From contig DAOORA010000014.1 in NCBI GenBank assembly GCA_035389045.1, positions 1 through 64,000 on the forward strand: a stretch of DNA of 64,000 bases. Reading direction: 5' to 3'. The position numbers and the translations under genes are program-made. Positions within the stretch are counted from its first letter, which is position 1; every line of letters begins with the position of its first letter. Shown in pieces: positions 50,201-59,449 of the stretch. A model generated the notes under the pieces. The model searched no databases. It saw only the letters and a program-made list of their open reading frames with translations, and was not told the origin of the DNA. The DNA comes from Bacteroidales bacterium (GTDB taxonomy: Bacteria; Bacteroidota; Bacteroidia; Bacteroidales; CAIWKO01).

Positions 50201-50472
50201 TTTTTATCTTTTATGAAGATTTCATCAACTTTTCCCATTATTGCGGCATCCACAGGGTTCATCACGGTTTCGATCACCCTGCCTGCCTCTTTGCTGGTTT
50301 CGTAATATACAAGATCGCCGGGACCGGATTGGATAGTGTCGGCAACAACAATGGCACTTCCTGCATCATTCAGTTGTTCATCAAGTGGCTGCAATAAAAG
50401 CAACTTCACCCCTTCCAATGATTCAAGCTTAACTGTGCTTACCACGCGGCCGACGACTCTTCCTAACTTCAT
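50197..50472 (-). CDS. BMC pentamer vertex protein (EutN/CcmL)
   Basis: MKLGRVVGRVVSTVK...DTIQSGPGD...PVDAAIMGKVD. Confidence 0.93.
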   Translation of the reverse strand: MKLGRVVGRVVSTVKLESLEGVKLLLLQPLDEQLNDAGSAIVVADTIQSGPGDLVYYETSKEAGRVIETVMNPVDAAIMGKVDEIFIKDKK

Positions 50473-50534
50473 TTAATGTTTGTTTAAATTGTTGATGCCT
50501 GATGCAAAATTAAAAATTTATTTATGAAAATATT

Positions 50535-51950
50535 TTAAATAATCCTGAAATAATCCACCAGCGTACATCTTCGTTCCCTGGTAAATGTCCTGGCCCGTGT
50601 AACGCCATCGCCTGTCGGGCTGGCAATGGTAAACGAAGCAAATCCTGCCCCCCCCTTACCCAGTCCGGCATAACTGGGACCGTTCTTGATAAAAATGGAA
50701 CAGTCCATTACTTTGGCCATTTTACTTAGTTTGGCGATGTTCAACGAATGCATGATGGCCGTGTGCCGGAATCCGTGTTCACATTCCACCGCCAGGTCGA
50801 TGGCTTCATCTACATGATTTACCCGTACCAGAGGCATGACCGGCATAAGTTGTTCGGTCCATACCAGGGGATGGTCGCGACCGACCTCGCAAAGGAGCAG
50901 CCGTACATCATCCGAAAGGTTCAGTCCGATATCTTTCGCAATAAAGGCGGGGGATTTCCCGACATATTTTTTATTCGGAGCGCCTTCTTTGCCCGGGCCG
51001 CCGGGGTCGGCAATCACGAGTTCCGTAATTTTTTTTATCTGTTCACTGTTGAGTTCATAAGCGCCGTTCTTTTTCATTTCTTCTTTCAGCTTGTCTGCTA
51101 CTGTAGCGACACAGATAATTTCTTTTTCACAGATGCAGATCACATTATTATCAAAGCCGGCGCCGTCAACAATATCTTTACCGGCCTTTGCGATATCGGC
51201 GGTTTCATCAACAACACAGGGAGGGTTTCCGGGACCGGCGGCAATGACTTTTTTTCCGCTGTTCATCGCCACCTTCACCACAGCTGGTCCACCTGTAACA
51301 ACGAGGAGCGCAATTTTCTTATGCGTCATAAGTTCCTTTGCAGATTCGATTGTAGGCTCGTCGATGCAGCAAACAAGATTAGCAGGACCTCCGGCTTCGA
51401 TGACTGCATTGTTAAGGATTTTTACCAGGAAGGCTGAGGTCTTTTTAGCTGAGGGGTGTGGATTGAAGACCACAGCATTTCCGGCAGCGACCATACCAAT
51501 AGCATTGCTGATGATGGTAACCACAGGGTTGGTGCTCGGAGTGATGGAGCCGATCACGCCATAAGGAGCTTTTTCCACCAGCGTCAGTCCGCAGTCGTCA
51601 GAAAAAGCTTCCGGTTGTATATCTTCCACGCCGGGTGTTTTAAATATTCCCAGTTCGTTTTTGAAAATTTTATCTACAAAGCGTCCCATCCCTGTTTCAT
51701 CATGTGCCATTTTGGCGAGCATTTCATTATTCTCGAGGGAGACTTTTCTGAGGTTTTCGATGATCTTTTTACGGACTTCCAGATTCAGGTTTTTCAATTC
51801 TCTGAATGCCTGTTCGGCAGCCGTAACGGCATTACCGAGGTTGGAGAAAACACCTGACAAGTTTTTTTCTGTTTCCGCCACAGGGTTCTGGTTAATACTC
51901 TTAACCACTTCCTCCACTAATTTTCTTATGTTTTGTTCGAGATTATCCAA
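50535..51950 (-). CDS. Acylating aldehyde dehydrogenase (EutE/PduP type) with encapsulation peptide
   Basis: TTG start with AAGGAGGAG SD; N-terminal LEQNIRKLVEEVVKSI helix; PYGVIGSITPSTNP, VTGGPAVV, GPGNPP, FDNNVICICEK, TFTRERRC. Confidence 0.93.
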   Translation of the reverse strand: MDNLEQNIRKLVEEVVKSINQNPVAETEKNLSGVFSNLGNAVTAAEQAFRELKNLNLEVRKKIIENLRKVSLENNEMLAKMAHDETGMGRFVDKIFKNELGIFKTPGVEDIQPEAFSDDCGLTLVEKAPYGVIGSITPSTNPVVTIISNAIGMVAAGNAVVFNPHPSAKKTSAFLVKILNNAVIEAGGPANLVCCIDEPTIESAKELMTHKKIALLVVTGGPAVVKVAMNSGKKVIAAGPGNPPCVVDETADIAKAGKDIVDGAGFDNNVICICEKEIICVATVADKLKEEMKKNGAYELNSEQIKKITELVIADPGGPGKEGAPNKKYVGKSPAFIAKDIGLNLSDDVRLLLCEVGRDHPLVWTEQLMPVMPLVRVNHVDEAIDLAVECEHGFRHTAIMHSLNIAKLSKMAKVMDCSIFIKNGPSYAGLGKGGAGFASFTIASPTGDGVTRARTFTRERRCTLVDYFRII

Positions 51951-51965
51951 TTTGAGCTCCTCCTT

Positions 51966-52517
51966 TTACATGAAAAATGGTTTGATTTCATTATGGGGTT
52001 GCGGGATGATGGTATGCATACACAGCAACTGTTTTTCCTGAGCCTTGGTAATTCCTGCCTGTATGGCGGCTTCTACGGCGTCGAGGCTTCCGATCATTTT
52101 CACATATGATTTTCCTCCATACCCTATGGCAAGACGTATTTCGATGATGGTCACGCCACCTTTTTTGACGGCCAGGTCGGCGGCTTCAATACCTGAGGCC
52201 ACCGAAAAGGTTTCAATGACGCCTATTGCATCCCATTCGTCGGTTTTAACAACATTTCCAATGGCAGGTATGACACCGGGGTGGATCAAAGGTAAAAAAA
52301 GCCTGTCGGCGATTTGTTCCCTGCCTGTTTCCAGGCCTTTATTAAAGGCATATTCAACTGAAGCCACATCGCCGCTGAAAACGATCAGATATTTTCCCGG
52401 GCAAATAGTCCTGGCTTCAATAATATGAATAGGCGCCATTTTCACCATGTCGTCCAAAGCTTTTATCCCGGAAGCAATGCTGTAAAATTCAAGAACACCT
52501 AAGACTACCAGACTCAT
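51966..52517 (-). CDS. BMC-T shell protein, PduT-like
   Basis: Two BMC domains; TICPGKY (PduT Fe-S Cys position), GDVASV, IRLAIGYGGK, IPQPH. Confidence 0.9.
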   Translation of the reverse strand: MSLVVLGVLEFYSIASGIKALDDMVKMAPIHIIEARTICPGKYLIVFSGDVASVEYAFNKGLETGREQIADRLFLPLIHPGVIPAIGNVVKTDEWDAIGVIETFSVASGIEAADLAVKKGGVTIIEIRLAIGYGGKSYVKMIGSLDAVEAAIQAGITKAQEKQLLCMHTIIPQPHNEIKPFFM

Positions 52518-52524
52518 TGGCCGC

Positions 52525-52812
52525 TCATTTCTTGTAAATAACCGTTTCGTTTTCATCAATCATGTCCACAATGCCAATGATGATAGCATCAAGGGGTTTA
52601 CTTATTGTGGCCGCTGTTTCACGGGCGGAGGAACTTTCCGAGACCATCACCAGTTCATCATGTCCGGCGCCCACCAGGTCAAGTGCAACCACATAATCAC
52701 CTTTTTTATTGCCCCGCTGATCACATTTTTCGACCAGAAGAAAACGCGGATCAGAAATACCGATATTGGTGGTACTGCTCACAACTGTTCCGACAACTTT
52801 ACCCAGTATCAT
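52525..52812 (-). CDS. BMC pentamer vertex protein (EutN/CcmL)
   Basis: MILGKVVGTVVSS...ALDLVGAG...SSSAR...PLDAIIIGIVD. Confidence 0.93.
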   Translation of the reverse strand: MILGKVVGTVVSSTTNIGISDPRFLLVEKCDQRGNKKGDYVVALDLVGAGHDELVMVSESSSARETAATISKPLDAIIIGIVDMIDENETVIYKK

Positions 52813-52824
52813 ACGTTTTCAGGT

Positions 52825-53118
52825 TTAACTTTTACGGAAGGTATAGCTACCATCTTTTTCAATAAAGTCCACGATGGCTATTACTGCTGAATCGGCAGGT
52901 TTTCCTTCAGTGATGTTGGTAAACCTGGCGCTGCTGCCCGAAACGTAAAAAACTATTTCGCCCGGTCCGGCGCCCACCGTGTCCATCGAAACTACAAAAT
53001 CATTTTTTCCCTTGAGGGTTACCGGGTCAATTTTTTCGAGCAGAAGAAATTTTATCCCTTCAATTTTCTGATCCTTTTGGGTGGCCACTACGGTTCCAAT
53101 AACTCTTGCTAAAATCAT
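52825..53118 (-). CDS. BMC pentamer vertex protein (EutN/CcmL)
   Basis: MILARVIGTVVATQKD...DTVGAGPGE...GSSAR...DSAVIAIVD. Confidence 0.94.
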   Translation of the reverse strand: MILARVIGTVVATQKDQKIEGIKFLLLEKIDPVTLKGKNDFVVSMDTVGAGPGEIVFYVSGSSARFTNITEGKPADSAVIAIVDFIEKDGSYTFRKS

Positions 53119-53149
53119 TTCATTGAATTAATATGAAACAAAGAAACTA

Positions 53150-53449
53150 TTACTTTGTTTTGCCACGTCCTAATGGAAGCGCACTGTCCACATTATCGTG
53201 CGGCCTGGGAATCACATGGGATGAAACAACTTCACCAACTTTTTCGGCAGCCCGGAGTCCTGCATCTACCGCAGCCCTAACCGCAGCCACATCGCCACGA
53301 ACGATAGCGGTAACATATCCGCCGCCAATCTTTTCATAGCCAATAAGTTCAACTTTTGCTGCTTTTACCATGGCGTCAGCAGCTTCCACCATTGCTGTAA
53401 AGCCCATGGTTTCTATCATTCCCAGGGCTTCTGTATTATATTCAGACAT
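53150..53449 (-). CDS. BMC-H hexamer shell protein (EutM/PduA-like)
   Basis: [35 protein letters not shown]. Confidence 0.96.
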   Translation of the reverse strand: MSEYNTEALGMIETMGFTAMVEAADAMVKAAKVELIGYEKIGGGYVTAIVRGDVAAVRAAVDAGLRAAEKVGEVVSSHVIPRPHDNVDSALPLGRGKTK

Positions 53450-53476
53450 AGAAATTTCCTTAAATTTATAATATTA

Positions 53477-54100
53477 TTATTTATAATCTTCTCTTCCTGT
53501 AATTTCAGCCAGGCGTTTTTCGACCACCCTTTTACATTCCAGCACTTCGGCTTCCTCGCCACCGAGATAAACCCTGCCGAATTTCCCAAACCCTATGACA
53601 TCAATAATATTGATATGAGCAGATTTTTCCGCTTCATTAGCTGCAAAATAGGCATAGCCTGCCGGTTCCACTTCGAGCACAAACAAAGTATCACCGCGCA
53701 AAAGCATCATTCCATACCTTGTACGGTTGATAAGCTGTGCATGATGGTCTTCCACATTTTTAATCAGCTGGCTGGTCAGTATTCGCGGTTTTATCCGGTC
53801 ATCTTCACTTTTTTCGATAGCATTCAGGATGGCCTGTCCGGCCATACGTGTATCGCCCTGGCTGTCGGAATGTAATTCCAGCATCCCGTAGGCTCTTTCA
53901 ACGATCTGCATTCCCGGAGTAACATGGGTCGCCTTCAGTGCAACATCGGTCAACGTATTGATCTCAATACCCGGAGCGATTTCTATGATGCAACAGGCCT
54001 GGCCGCCAACGGGCAGGTATCCCCTGGAAACCGTTGATAAATAAGAGGCCATCTGCAGTTGCAGCGAGTCTAAAAAGATATATGTTCTTAAATCTACCAT
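53477..54100 (-). CDS. BMC-T double-stacking permuted trimer (CcmP/CsoS1D-like, BMC-Tdp)
   Basis: LRTYIFLDSLQ, EIAPG, VERAYG.LE.H, LE..PAGYA..AANEAEK, FGRVYLGG motifs. Confidence 0.9.
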   Translation of the reverse strand: MVDLRTYIFLDSLQLQMASYLSTVSRGYLPVGGQACCIIEIAPGIEINTLTDVALKATHVTPGMQIVERAYGMLELHSDSQGDTRMAGQAILNAIEKSEDDRIKPRILTSQLIKNVEDHHAQLINRTRYGMMLLRGDTLFVLEVEPAGYAYFAANEAEKSAHINIIDVIGFGKFGRVYLGGEEAEVLECKRVVEKRLAEITGREDYK

Positions 54101-54102
54101 GG

Positions 54103-54411
54103 CTATTTCACTTTTTTGTTTGTTTTACAACCTAAAGGTAAGGCGCTGTCCACATTATCATGAGGCCTTGGTATAACATGTGACGCAACAATTTCACCGA
54201 CTTTTTCGGCTGCGCGTATCCCTGCATCAACAGCAGCCCTGACAGCTGCAACATCGCCGCGAACAATTGCCGTGACATACCCGCCACCGATCTTTTCAAA
54301 ACCGATCAGTTCTACTTTGGCTGCTTTTACCATGGCGTCTGACGCCTCAACCATGGCCGCAAAACTCCTGGTTTCAATCATACCCAGGGCTTTCATTTCA
54401 TTATTTTCCAT
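54103..54411 (-). CDS. BMC-H hexamer shell protein (EutM/PduA-like), first gene of BMC operon
   Basis: [34 protein letters not shown]; close paralogue of 53150-53449. Confidence 0.96.
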   Translation of the reverse strand: MENNEMKALGMIETRSFAAMVEASDAMVKAAKVELIGFEKIGGGYVTAIVRGDVAAVRAAVDAGIRAAEKVGEIVASHVIPRPHDNVDSALPLGCKTNKKVK

Positions 54412-54454
54412 AATTTTAATGTTAATATTAATTTATAAAATTGTCACCTTAAAA

Positions 54455-54522
54455 CATTGACTTCAATGCTCATGATGTAAAGTAATTTATTACTGATTTT
54501 TTTCAATAAGGTTACAAATATA
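54455..54522 (-). promoter_or_regulatory. BMC operon promoter (-7 TATATTTG at 54515-54522) with two downstream palindromes
   Basis: CATTGA-CT-TCAATG (54455-54468) and AGTAAT-TT-ATTACT (54481-54494) between promoter and first ATG. Confidence 0.45.
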
Positions 54523-54613
54523 ATAAACATTTTGTATCGGATTCAATATTTTTTGCAGGAACATAAATCAAGAGATATTAATATGTTTCAAAAGAAATAT
54601 CAGTTTTTGGCCG

Positions 54614-56545
54614 CTATGGTTTTTTAATGATGACTTTTCGTGAGTACTGTTCTCCTGTCGTTTGTATGGTTACCAGATAAATCCCTTCAGAAAATCCGTT
54701 CAGAGGAATATGGAGCATTTTTTTATTCAATTCACCCACTGTATATTTTTTTGAGAATATGTTTTTCCCATTGACATCATAAATATCCATATGTGCGTTT
54801 TTATCTGGTGTGTTTGTAAATTCAACATTCATAAAATCAACAGCCGGATTAGGGCAGATATAAAAAGAGGGGACTATTATACCATTGCTTTCTGCAACAG
54901 CTGTAAAAAAACCATTGACGGGCAACTTTATACAGGATGCATAATCCGAAGCCACATATATCCTGTTTGTGGGTACTAATGTGTCGCCGGCCATATACAT
55001 GGGGCCACCATTATTCAGGTTGCAGTCAAAACGAGGGTAATCCGAAGAACTGATGTCAACACGTATCTTATGTCCGGCAAGAAATGTCATGGCTACATCA
55101 GGCAGTTCAATGTTTGCTTCATAAACATTTCCAGGTATCATTAATGAAGTATCGGCTGCTGCATATCCGTCACGGAAACGCATACGGATGATGCCGTCGG
55201 AGATGATCATTGACCGGTCGTCAGGATAAACATCGGTAAGACGCACGGCAAAGTCTGTATCTTTTCTGTCGGACGAAACAAACAAATGTATCTGTGCCTT
55301 GCCCTTCATTATCACATTGTCAGTCAAGACATTTGTAGTAAATACTAAAATATCGCTGCGGCTTTCGACCTGGGACGCCTGATCGTAAGGACCCTGAAGG
55401 AGATCGGCACGCAGTGTCGGCCCACCAATAGTAGGTGAAGGATCGTACGGGTCGTAAAGAAATGTCCTGTAAGCGCCGGCGTTGACAGGTAATACCTCAG
55501 TAATACCGCCATCGTTTTGAAAATAGAGAGTATGTTCATTAACGCCGGCAGGCGGCCAGTCAGCAGAGCTCTGCCATGTATTTTCACCCATCTGAAAGTA
55601 TTGAATATATGGTGTTAAGTTCCAGTTATTCGGCACTGAACGTAAATAATAATCAAAAAAACTGAGAGCCAGAGAATCGCTCCATCCGGCAGCGCCGGGA
55701 TAGGTCAATTCGCCCTGGGTTACTCCACCAACACCGGCATTACCATGACCACCATGAGTCCACGGTCCTATCAGCAAACGGTGTTTATCACGCACCGCGG
55801 TGAATGACGACTGCCTGAGTCCTGCAAAAAAGTCCATCATCACATTGATATTATGATCGTACCAGCCACCAATCATGAACACAGGAATATTTATGGAATC
55901 CGGATAGAAATTTACAGCTTCGCTGTATGACCATAGTATATCATAGGTCTGATGAGCGAGCAGTGTGGATGACACTCCAAAACCAAGCGCATCTAGCTGC
56001 TGGACATACTCCGTACGGTAAACACCTCCGGGATAATATTCCGCATAACTGTATTGCGGCCCCGCCACCAGAGGAATGGCACATACCAGATGAGGCGGGC
56101 GCTTGCGTGCCGTCATGTATTGTATACGGCCCAGGGCCGAAGGCCCCCAGGTACCGACTTTTGAATTGCACCAGGGTTGGGCAGCTATCCATTCCACGAG
56201 GTCATATCCATCATTAGCCCGGTCATAATTGCCGCTGCAGGCAGCAGCCGAACCGTAAAAACAACGCCAGTCTGCAATCACCATAACATATGCTGATGCA
56301 GCGATATTATTTCCGATAATCGGTAAACCATAAGTACGGAACAACAACCTGTTGTATGGAGTTTGCACAAGAATAACCGGATACGAATTACCGCCGCCGT
56401 TATCGGGAACATAAATATCAACAGCCAGTCTTTTACCGTCACGCATTATTGCTGAATCAACAAATGTTGGCTGTATCAAGAGCTGCGAAAACAGATTTAT
56501 GACAAAAACACAATTCATTACCAAATATGTAATTATTTTTTTCAT
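54614..56545 (-). CDS. CocE/NonD (peptidase S15) family hydrolase with T9SS tail
   Basis: MRDGKRLAVDIY, QTPY, DGYDLVEWIAAQPW, WGPSALG nucleophile elbow, GGWYD, IGPWTH, SSSDYPRF; PNP tail. Confidence 0.9.
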   Translation of the reverse strand: MKKIITYLVMNCVFVINLFSQLLIQPTFVDSAIMRDGKRLAVDIYVPDNGGGNSYPVILVQTPYNRLLFRTYGLPIIGNNIAASAYVMVIADWRCFYGSAAACSGNYDRANDGYDLVEWIAAQPWCNSKVGTWGPSALGRIQYMTARKRPPHLVCAIPLVAGPQYSYAEYYPGGVYRTEYVQQLDALGFGVSSTLLAHQTYDILWSYSEAVNFYPDSINIPVFMIGGWYDHNINVMMDFFAGLRQSSFTAVRDKHRLLIGPWTHGGHGNAGVGGVTQGELTYPGAAGWSDSLALSFFDYYLRSVPNNWNLTPYIQYFQMGENTWQSSADWPPAGVNEHTLYFQNDGGITEVLPVNAGAYRTFLYDPYDPSPTIGGPTLRADLLQGPYDQASQVESRSDILVFTTNVLTDNVIMKGKAQIHLFVSSDRKDTDFAVRLTDVYPDDRSMIISDGIIRMRFRDGYAAADTSLMIPGNVYEANIELPDVAMTFLAGHKIRVDISSSDYPRFDCNLNNGGPMYMAGDTLVPTNRIYVASDYASCIKLPVNGFFTAVAESNGIIVPSFYICPNPAVDFMNVEFTNTPDKNAHMDIYDVNGKNIFSKKYTVGELNKKMLHIPLNGFSEGIYLVTIQTTGEQYSRKVIIKKP

Positions 56546-56599
56546 AATTTCGGGCCTTTAATACTCAATACAAAATTAAGATTATTCCTAATTAATGGT

Positions 56600-57367
56600 A
56601 TGAAAGACAAAACTAAACTTCTGGTAATCATTTCACTGATATTGAACGTCGGGATTATTGGTGTTTTATTATTCGTTAAATCGAAAGCTGAAACACGACT
56701 TGCCAGAGTTTCGGGCATGCTTGTAAGGCTTGGGAATTCAGAAATTGATTATACGGTTCATGTGGAAGACACTATTGAAATATCTACCGCGTTCAGCATC
56801 AAGGAGGTAGTGCCCGTACTGGTGGAGATGAAGGTAAAATACGACCTGCCATTCAAAGCTATGATACCTGTAGACCAGCAGATAGAAACCCCGATCACCC
56901 TGACGGTGGATAAGGTCATACATTTGGACACTGTTTTTATGTTTAAAAACAAGATCGTGGCGCCGCTTGATGAGATTATTTCTGTTGATCAGAAGTTCAC
57001 CATCCCGACTAACCGCAAAAAGAAAAAGGGTATCAATGTTCCTATTGTTGCGGACATTCCCCTTAAACAAACCATCAGTCTCGACATCAAGGATCCTATC
57101 AATGTCCTTGCCGACATTCCGATAAAAATACCTATTTCAGAGACTATCCCAGTTAAGATACAGTTGACCATACCTGTTGACATCAATGTTCCGATAGATA
57201 TTCCGGTAAAAAGCGAGGCTTTAATCACCTTTCCTTACCTCTTACCCATTTCGGGCAAGATACCGTTAAATCTTGACATTCCAGTAAAGATACCTTTATC
57301 AGCCACTCCTATAAAATCAAAGTCAGATTCCATTGCAACTGAATTGAGTAAGTTGCTGGATTTTTGA
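56600..57367 (+). CDS. Membrane-anchored Pro/Ile/Val-rich hypothetical protein
   Basis: N-terminal TM helix, then repeated IP(I/L/V)x beta-strand-like motifs. Confidence 0.7.
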   Translation: MKDKTKLLVIISLILNVGIIGVLLFVKSKAETRLARVSGMLVRLGNSEIDYTVHVEDTIEISTAFSIKEVVPVLVEMKVKYDLPFKAMIPVDQQIETPITLTVDKVIHLDTVFMFKNKIVAPLDEIISVDQKFTIPTNRKKKKGINVPIVADIPLKQTISLDIKDPINVLADIPIKIPISETIPVKIQLTIPVDINVPIDIPVKSEALITFPYLLPISGKIPLNLDIPVKIPLSATPIKSKSDSIATELSKLLDF

Positions 57368-57386
57368 TTGCTTTGCGGTTGAGTCA

Positions 57387-58388
57387 TCAGAACAAGCGCA
57401 ACAGCGCATACACGCCCATAGCCACTAACATGGTGGCAGGAATGGTCAACAGCCAGGCGATGACAATATTCTTTCCGAGTCCCCATCTGACAGCCGAAAG
57501 CCGTCGTGTAGAGCCCACCCCCATGATGGATCCGGTAACGGTATGCGTAGTACTGACGGGTATTCCAAACAAAGAAGATCCGATAACGGTAATAGCACCG
57601 GCTGTTTCGGCGGCAAAGCCATGAACCGGTTTGAGGTCAGTTAGTCCGACACCCAAAGTTTTGATAACCTTCCAACCGCCAGAAATAGTGCCCAGTGCAA
57701 TAGTTGAATAACAGGCAATCATGATCCATGTCGGGACATTTTCAGGGTAGGCAGTACCAAAATAACCGGCACTGAATAACAATACGGTTATCACGCCCAT
57801 AGTTTTTTGCGCATCGTTGCTGCCATGGCCCAGGCTGAATATGGCCGAAGAAAAGAGCTGCATTACCCTGAACACTCCATCGACCTTTTTGGGGGTAACA
57901 CTTCGGCATATCCATAAAGTTATTGCCATGATAATATATCCCAGAAGAAATCCAATAAGTGGAGATAATACAATAAAAATAGCCACTTTAAAAATCCCTG
58001 AAGCCACTAAAACGCCGGGGCCTCCGATAACCAATCCCGGACCGATCAGTCCGCCGATCAGGGCATGTGAAACACTGATAGGCCATCCATAATGGGTACA
58101 AAAATAAACCCAGACAATAGCGCCCACGAGGGCCGAAAGAACAAAAAGAGGTGTAATAACTTCAGGGGTAACAATGTTTTTCCCAATGGTGGTTGCTACA
58201 TGGGTTTTGAAAATGAAAAAAGCTGCAAAGTTCCAGAAGGCGGCCCACAGCACAGCAGTGAAAGGAGAAAGCACTTTGGTGGTAACGATAGTGGCTATCG
58301 AGTTAGCGGCATCGTTCATCCCGTTCAAAAAGTCAAATCCCAAAGCTAGTATCACTCCAATGATAACGATTGTCCAATTTACATCCAT
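57387..58388 (-). CDS. pitA: PiT-family inorganic phosphate transporter
   Basis: NGMNDAANSIAT, PISVSH, HGSNDAQKTMG, PVSTTH. Confidence 0.93.
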   Translation of the reverse strand: MDVNWTIVIIGVILALGFDFLNGMNDAANSIATIVTTKVLSPFTAVLWAAFWNFAAFFIFKTHVATTIGKNIVTPEVITPLFVLSALVGAIVWVYFCTHYGWPISVSHALIGGLIGPGLVIGGPGVLVASGIFKVAIFIVLSPLIGFLLGYIIMAITLWICRSVTPKKVDGVFRVMQLFSSAIFSLGHGSNDAQKTMGVITVLLFSAGYFGTAYPENVPTWIMIACYSTIALGTISGGWKVIKTLGVGLTDLKPVHGFAAETAGAITVIGSSLFGIPVSTTHTVTGSIMGVGSTRRLSAVRWGLGKNIVIAWLLTIPATMLVAMGVYALLRLF

Positions 58389-58401
58389 TTGTGAAATATT
58401 T

Positions 58402-59049
58402 TTAGTTTGCTTTTACAATAATTGCCTTGATAACATCGCTTACATCTTCGGCCATATCCGTTGCTTTTTCCAAAGAAGAAAGCATGCTCTGAATCTTTAT
58501 CAGTTCTATGGCGTCTTTTTCATTTCTAAAAAGCTCAGAAAGTGCAAGATGATAAACCTCATCCGCCTGATTTTCTATTTCATTGATACGAATACAGGCA
58601 TCCATCATTTTTTGCGGATTCTTGAGGTTTTTCAGATTTACAACCGCATTTTTGATTTCACGGGTAGCCTGAAGAATAAGTTCGCTCATCCGGAGAAAAC
58701 ACTCGGGTTCACGCTTAGGAGGGTGATTACGTGCCTTTTGGCTGAAACTGTTGATCAGGTCGATGACATTATCCAGAGAACCATTTAATTTATTGATATC
58801 CTCCCTGTCGAATGGGGTAATAAATGTCCGGTTAAGTGTTTCATACAATTTATGTGTGATCTCATCGCCGATGTTTTCATGACGTTTGATTTCAACAAGA
58901 ATTTTTTCTTTTACGGCTGCGTCGCTTATCAGAAAGTATTTATTGAGCAGGATGGCTGCCTGCACCAGGTTTTCCGCTGCTTCCTCGAACATCGGATAAA
59001 ACTTTTGTTCCTTAGGGGTAAACAAATTTAGAATATTGGATAGTACCAT
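58402..59049 (-). CDS. DUF47/PhoU-like phosphate transport regulator
   Basis: E..GD..H, TFITPFDREDI, EN.AD, LEKATD..EDV; upstream of pit. Confidence 0.92.
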   Translation of the reverse strand: MVLSNILNLFTPKEQKFYPMFEEAAENLVQAAILLNKYFLISDAAVKEKILVEIKRHENIGDEITHKLYETLNRTFITPFDREDINKLNGSLDNVIDLINSFSQKARNHPPKREPECFLRMSELILQATREIKNAVVNLKNLKNPQKMMDACIRINEIENQADEVYHLALSELFRNEKDAIELIKIQSMLSSLEKATDMAEDVSDVIKAIIVKAN

Positions 59050-59126
59050 AGTTAAATTAAGATTGAACGATAAATTTTCTCAATGACAAAATTACATGAA
59101 TGTTCAGCCATAGCCAATAAAATGGA

Positions 59127-59166
59127 GTTATGTTTGGGTTAAGGTTGTATTAAGTTAATGTTAAGC
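59127..59166 (-). promoter_or_regulatory. Pho-box-like 11-bp-periodic repeats upstream of DUF47-pit
   Basis: TTA(A/T) cores at 59128, 59139, 59150, 59161. Confidence 0.6.
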
Positions 59167-59371
59167 ATGAGTTTAATACATCTGATTATCTGTGTTTTAC
59201 ACTACTCAAAACCTGTGTGAATATAAAAAAGCGGCAACATAGATATAATAATATGTTATGAGTAATTTCGAAGCAACTAATGAATATTTCAGTGCATAGA
59301 TATTCATCATCAACCCTTAACCAATTTACAGGAAAGGACAACCCTTGATTATTCCTGTCCCATTTGACGAT

Positions 59372-59410
59372 TTTAACGCAAACATAAAACAGGCTTAATA
59401 TTCAGTTAAT
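59372..59410 (+). promoter_or_regulatory. Pho-box-like 11-bp-periodic repeats upstream of the divergent operon
   Basis: (T/A)TAA cores at 59373, 59384, 59395, 59406. Confidence 0.55.
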
Positions 59411-59449
59411 CTTGCCATAGTTATTTTGCAGTGTAAAAAACTAACGATA

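Noticed and set aside
48625..54411. Ethanolamine, propanediol or glycyl-radical BMC, or carboxysome
   Set aside because: No EutBC, PduCDE, glycyl-radical enzyme or RuBisCO in the locus; the signature enzymes are DeoC and RpiB.
20920..58788. Long antisense ORFs (for example 20920-21543, 27143-27715, 29219-30106, 50748-51437, 58174-58788)
   Set aside because: All lie opposite well-supported genes and show no motifs; typical shadow ORFs.
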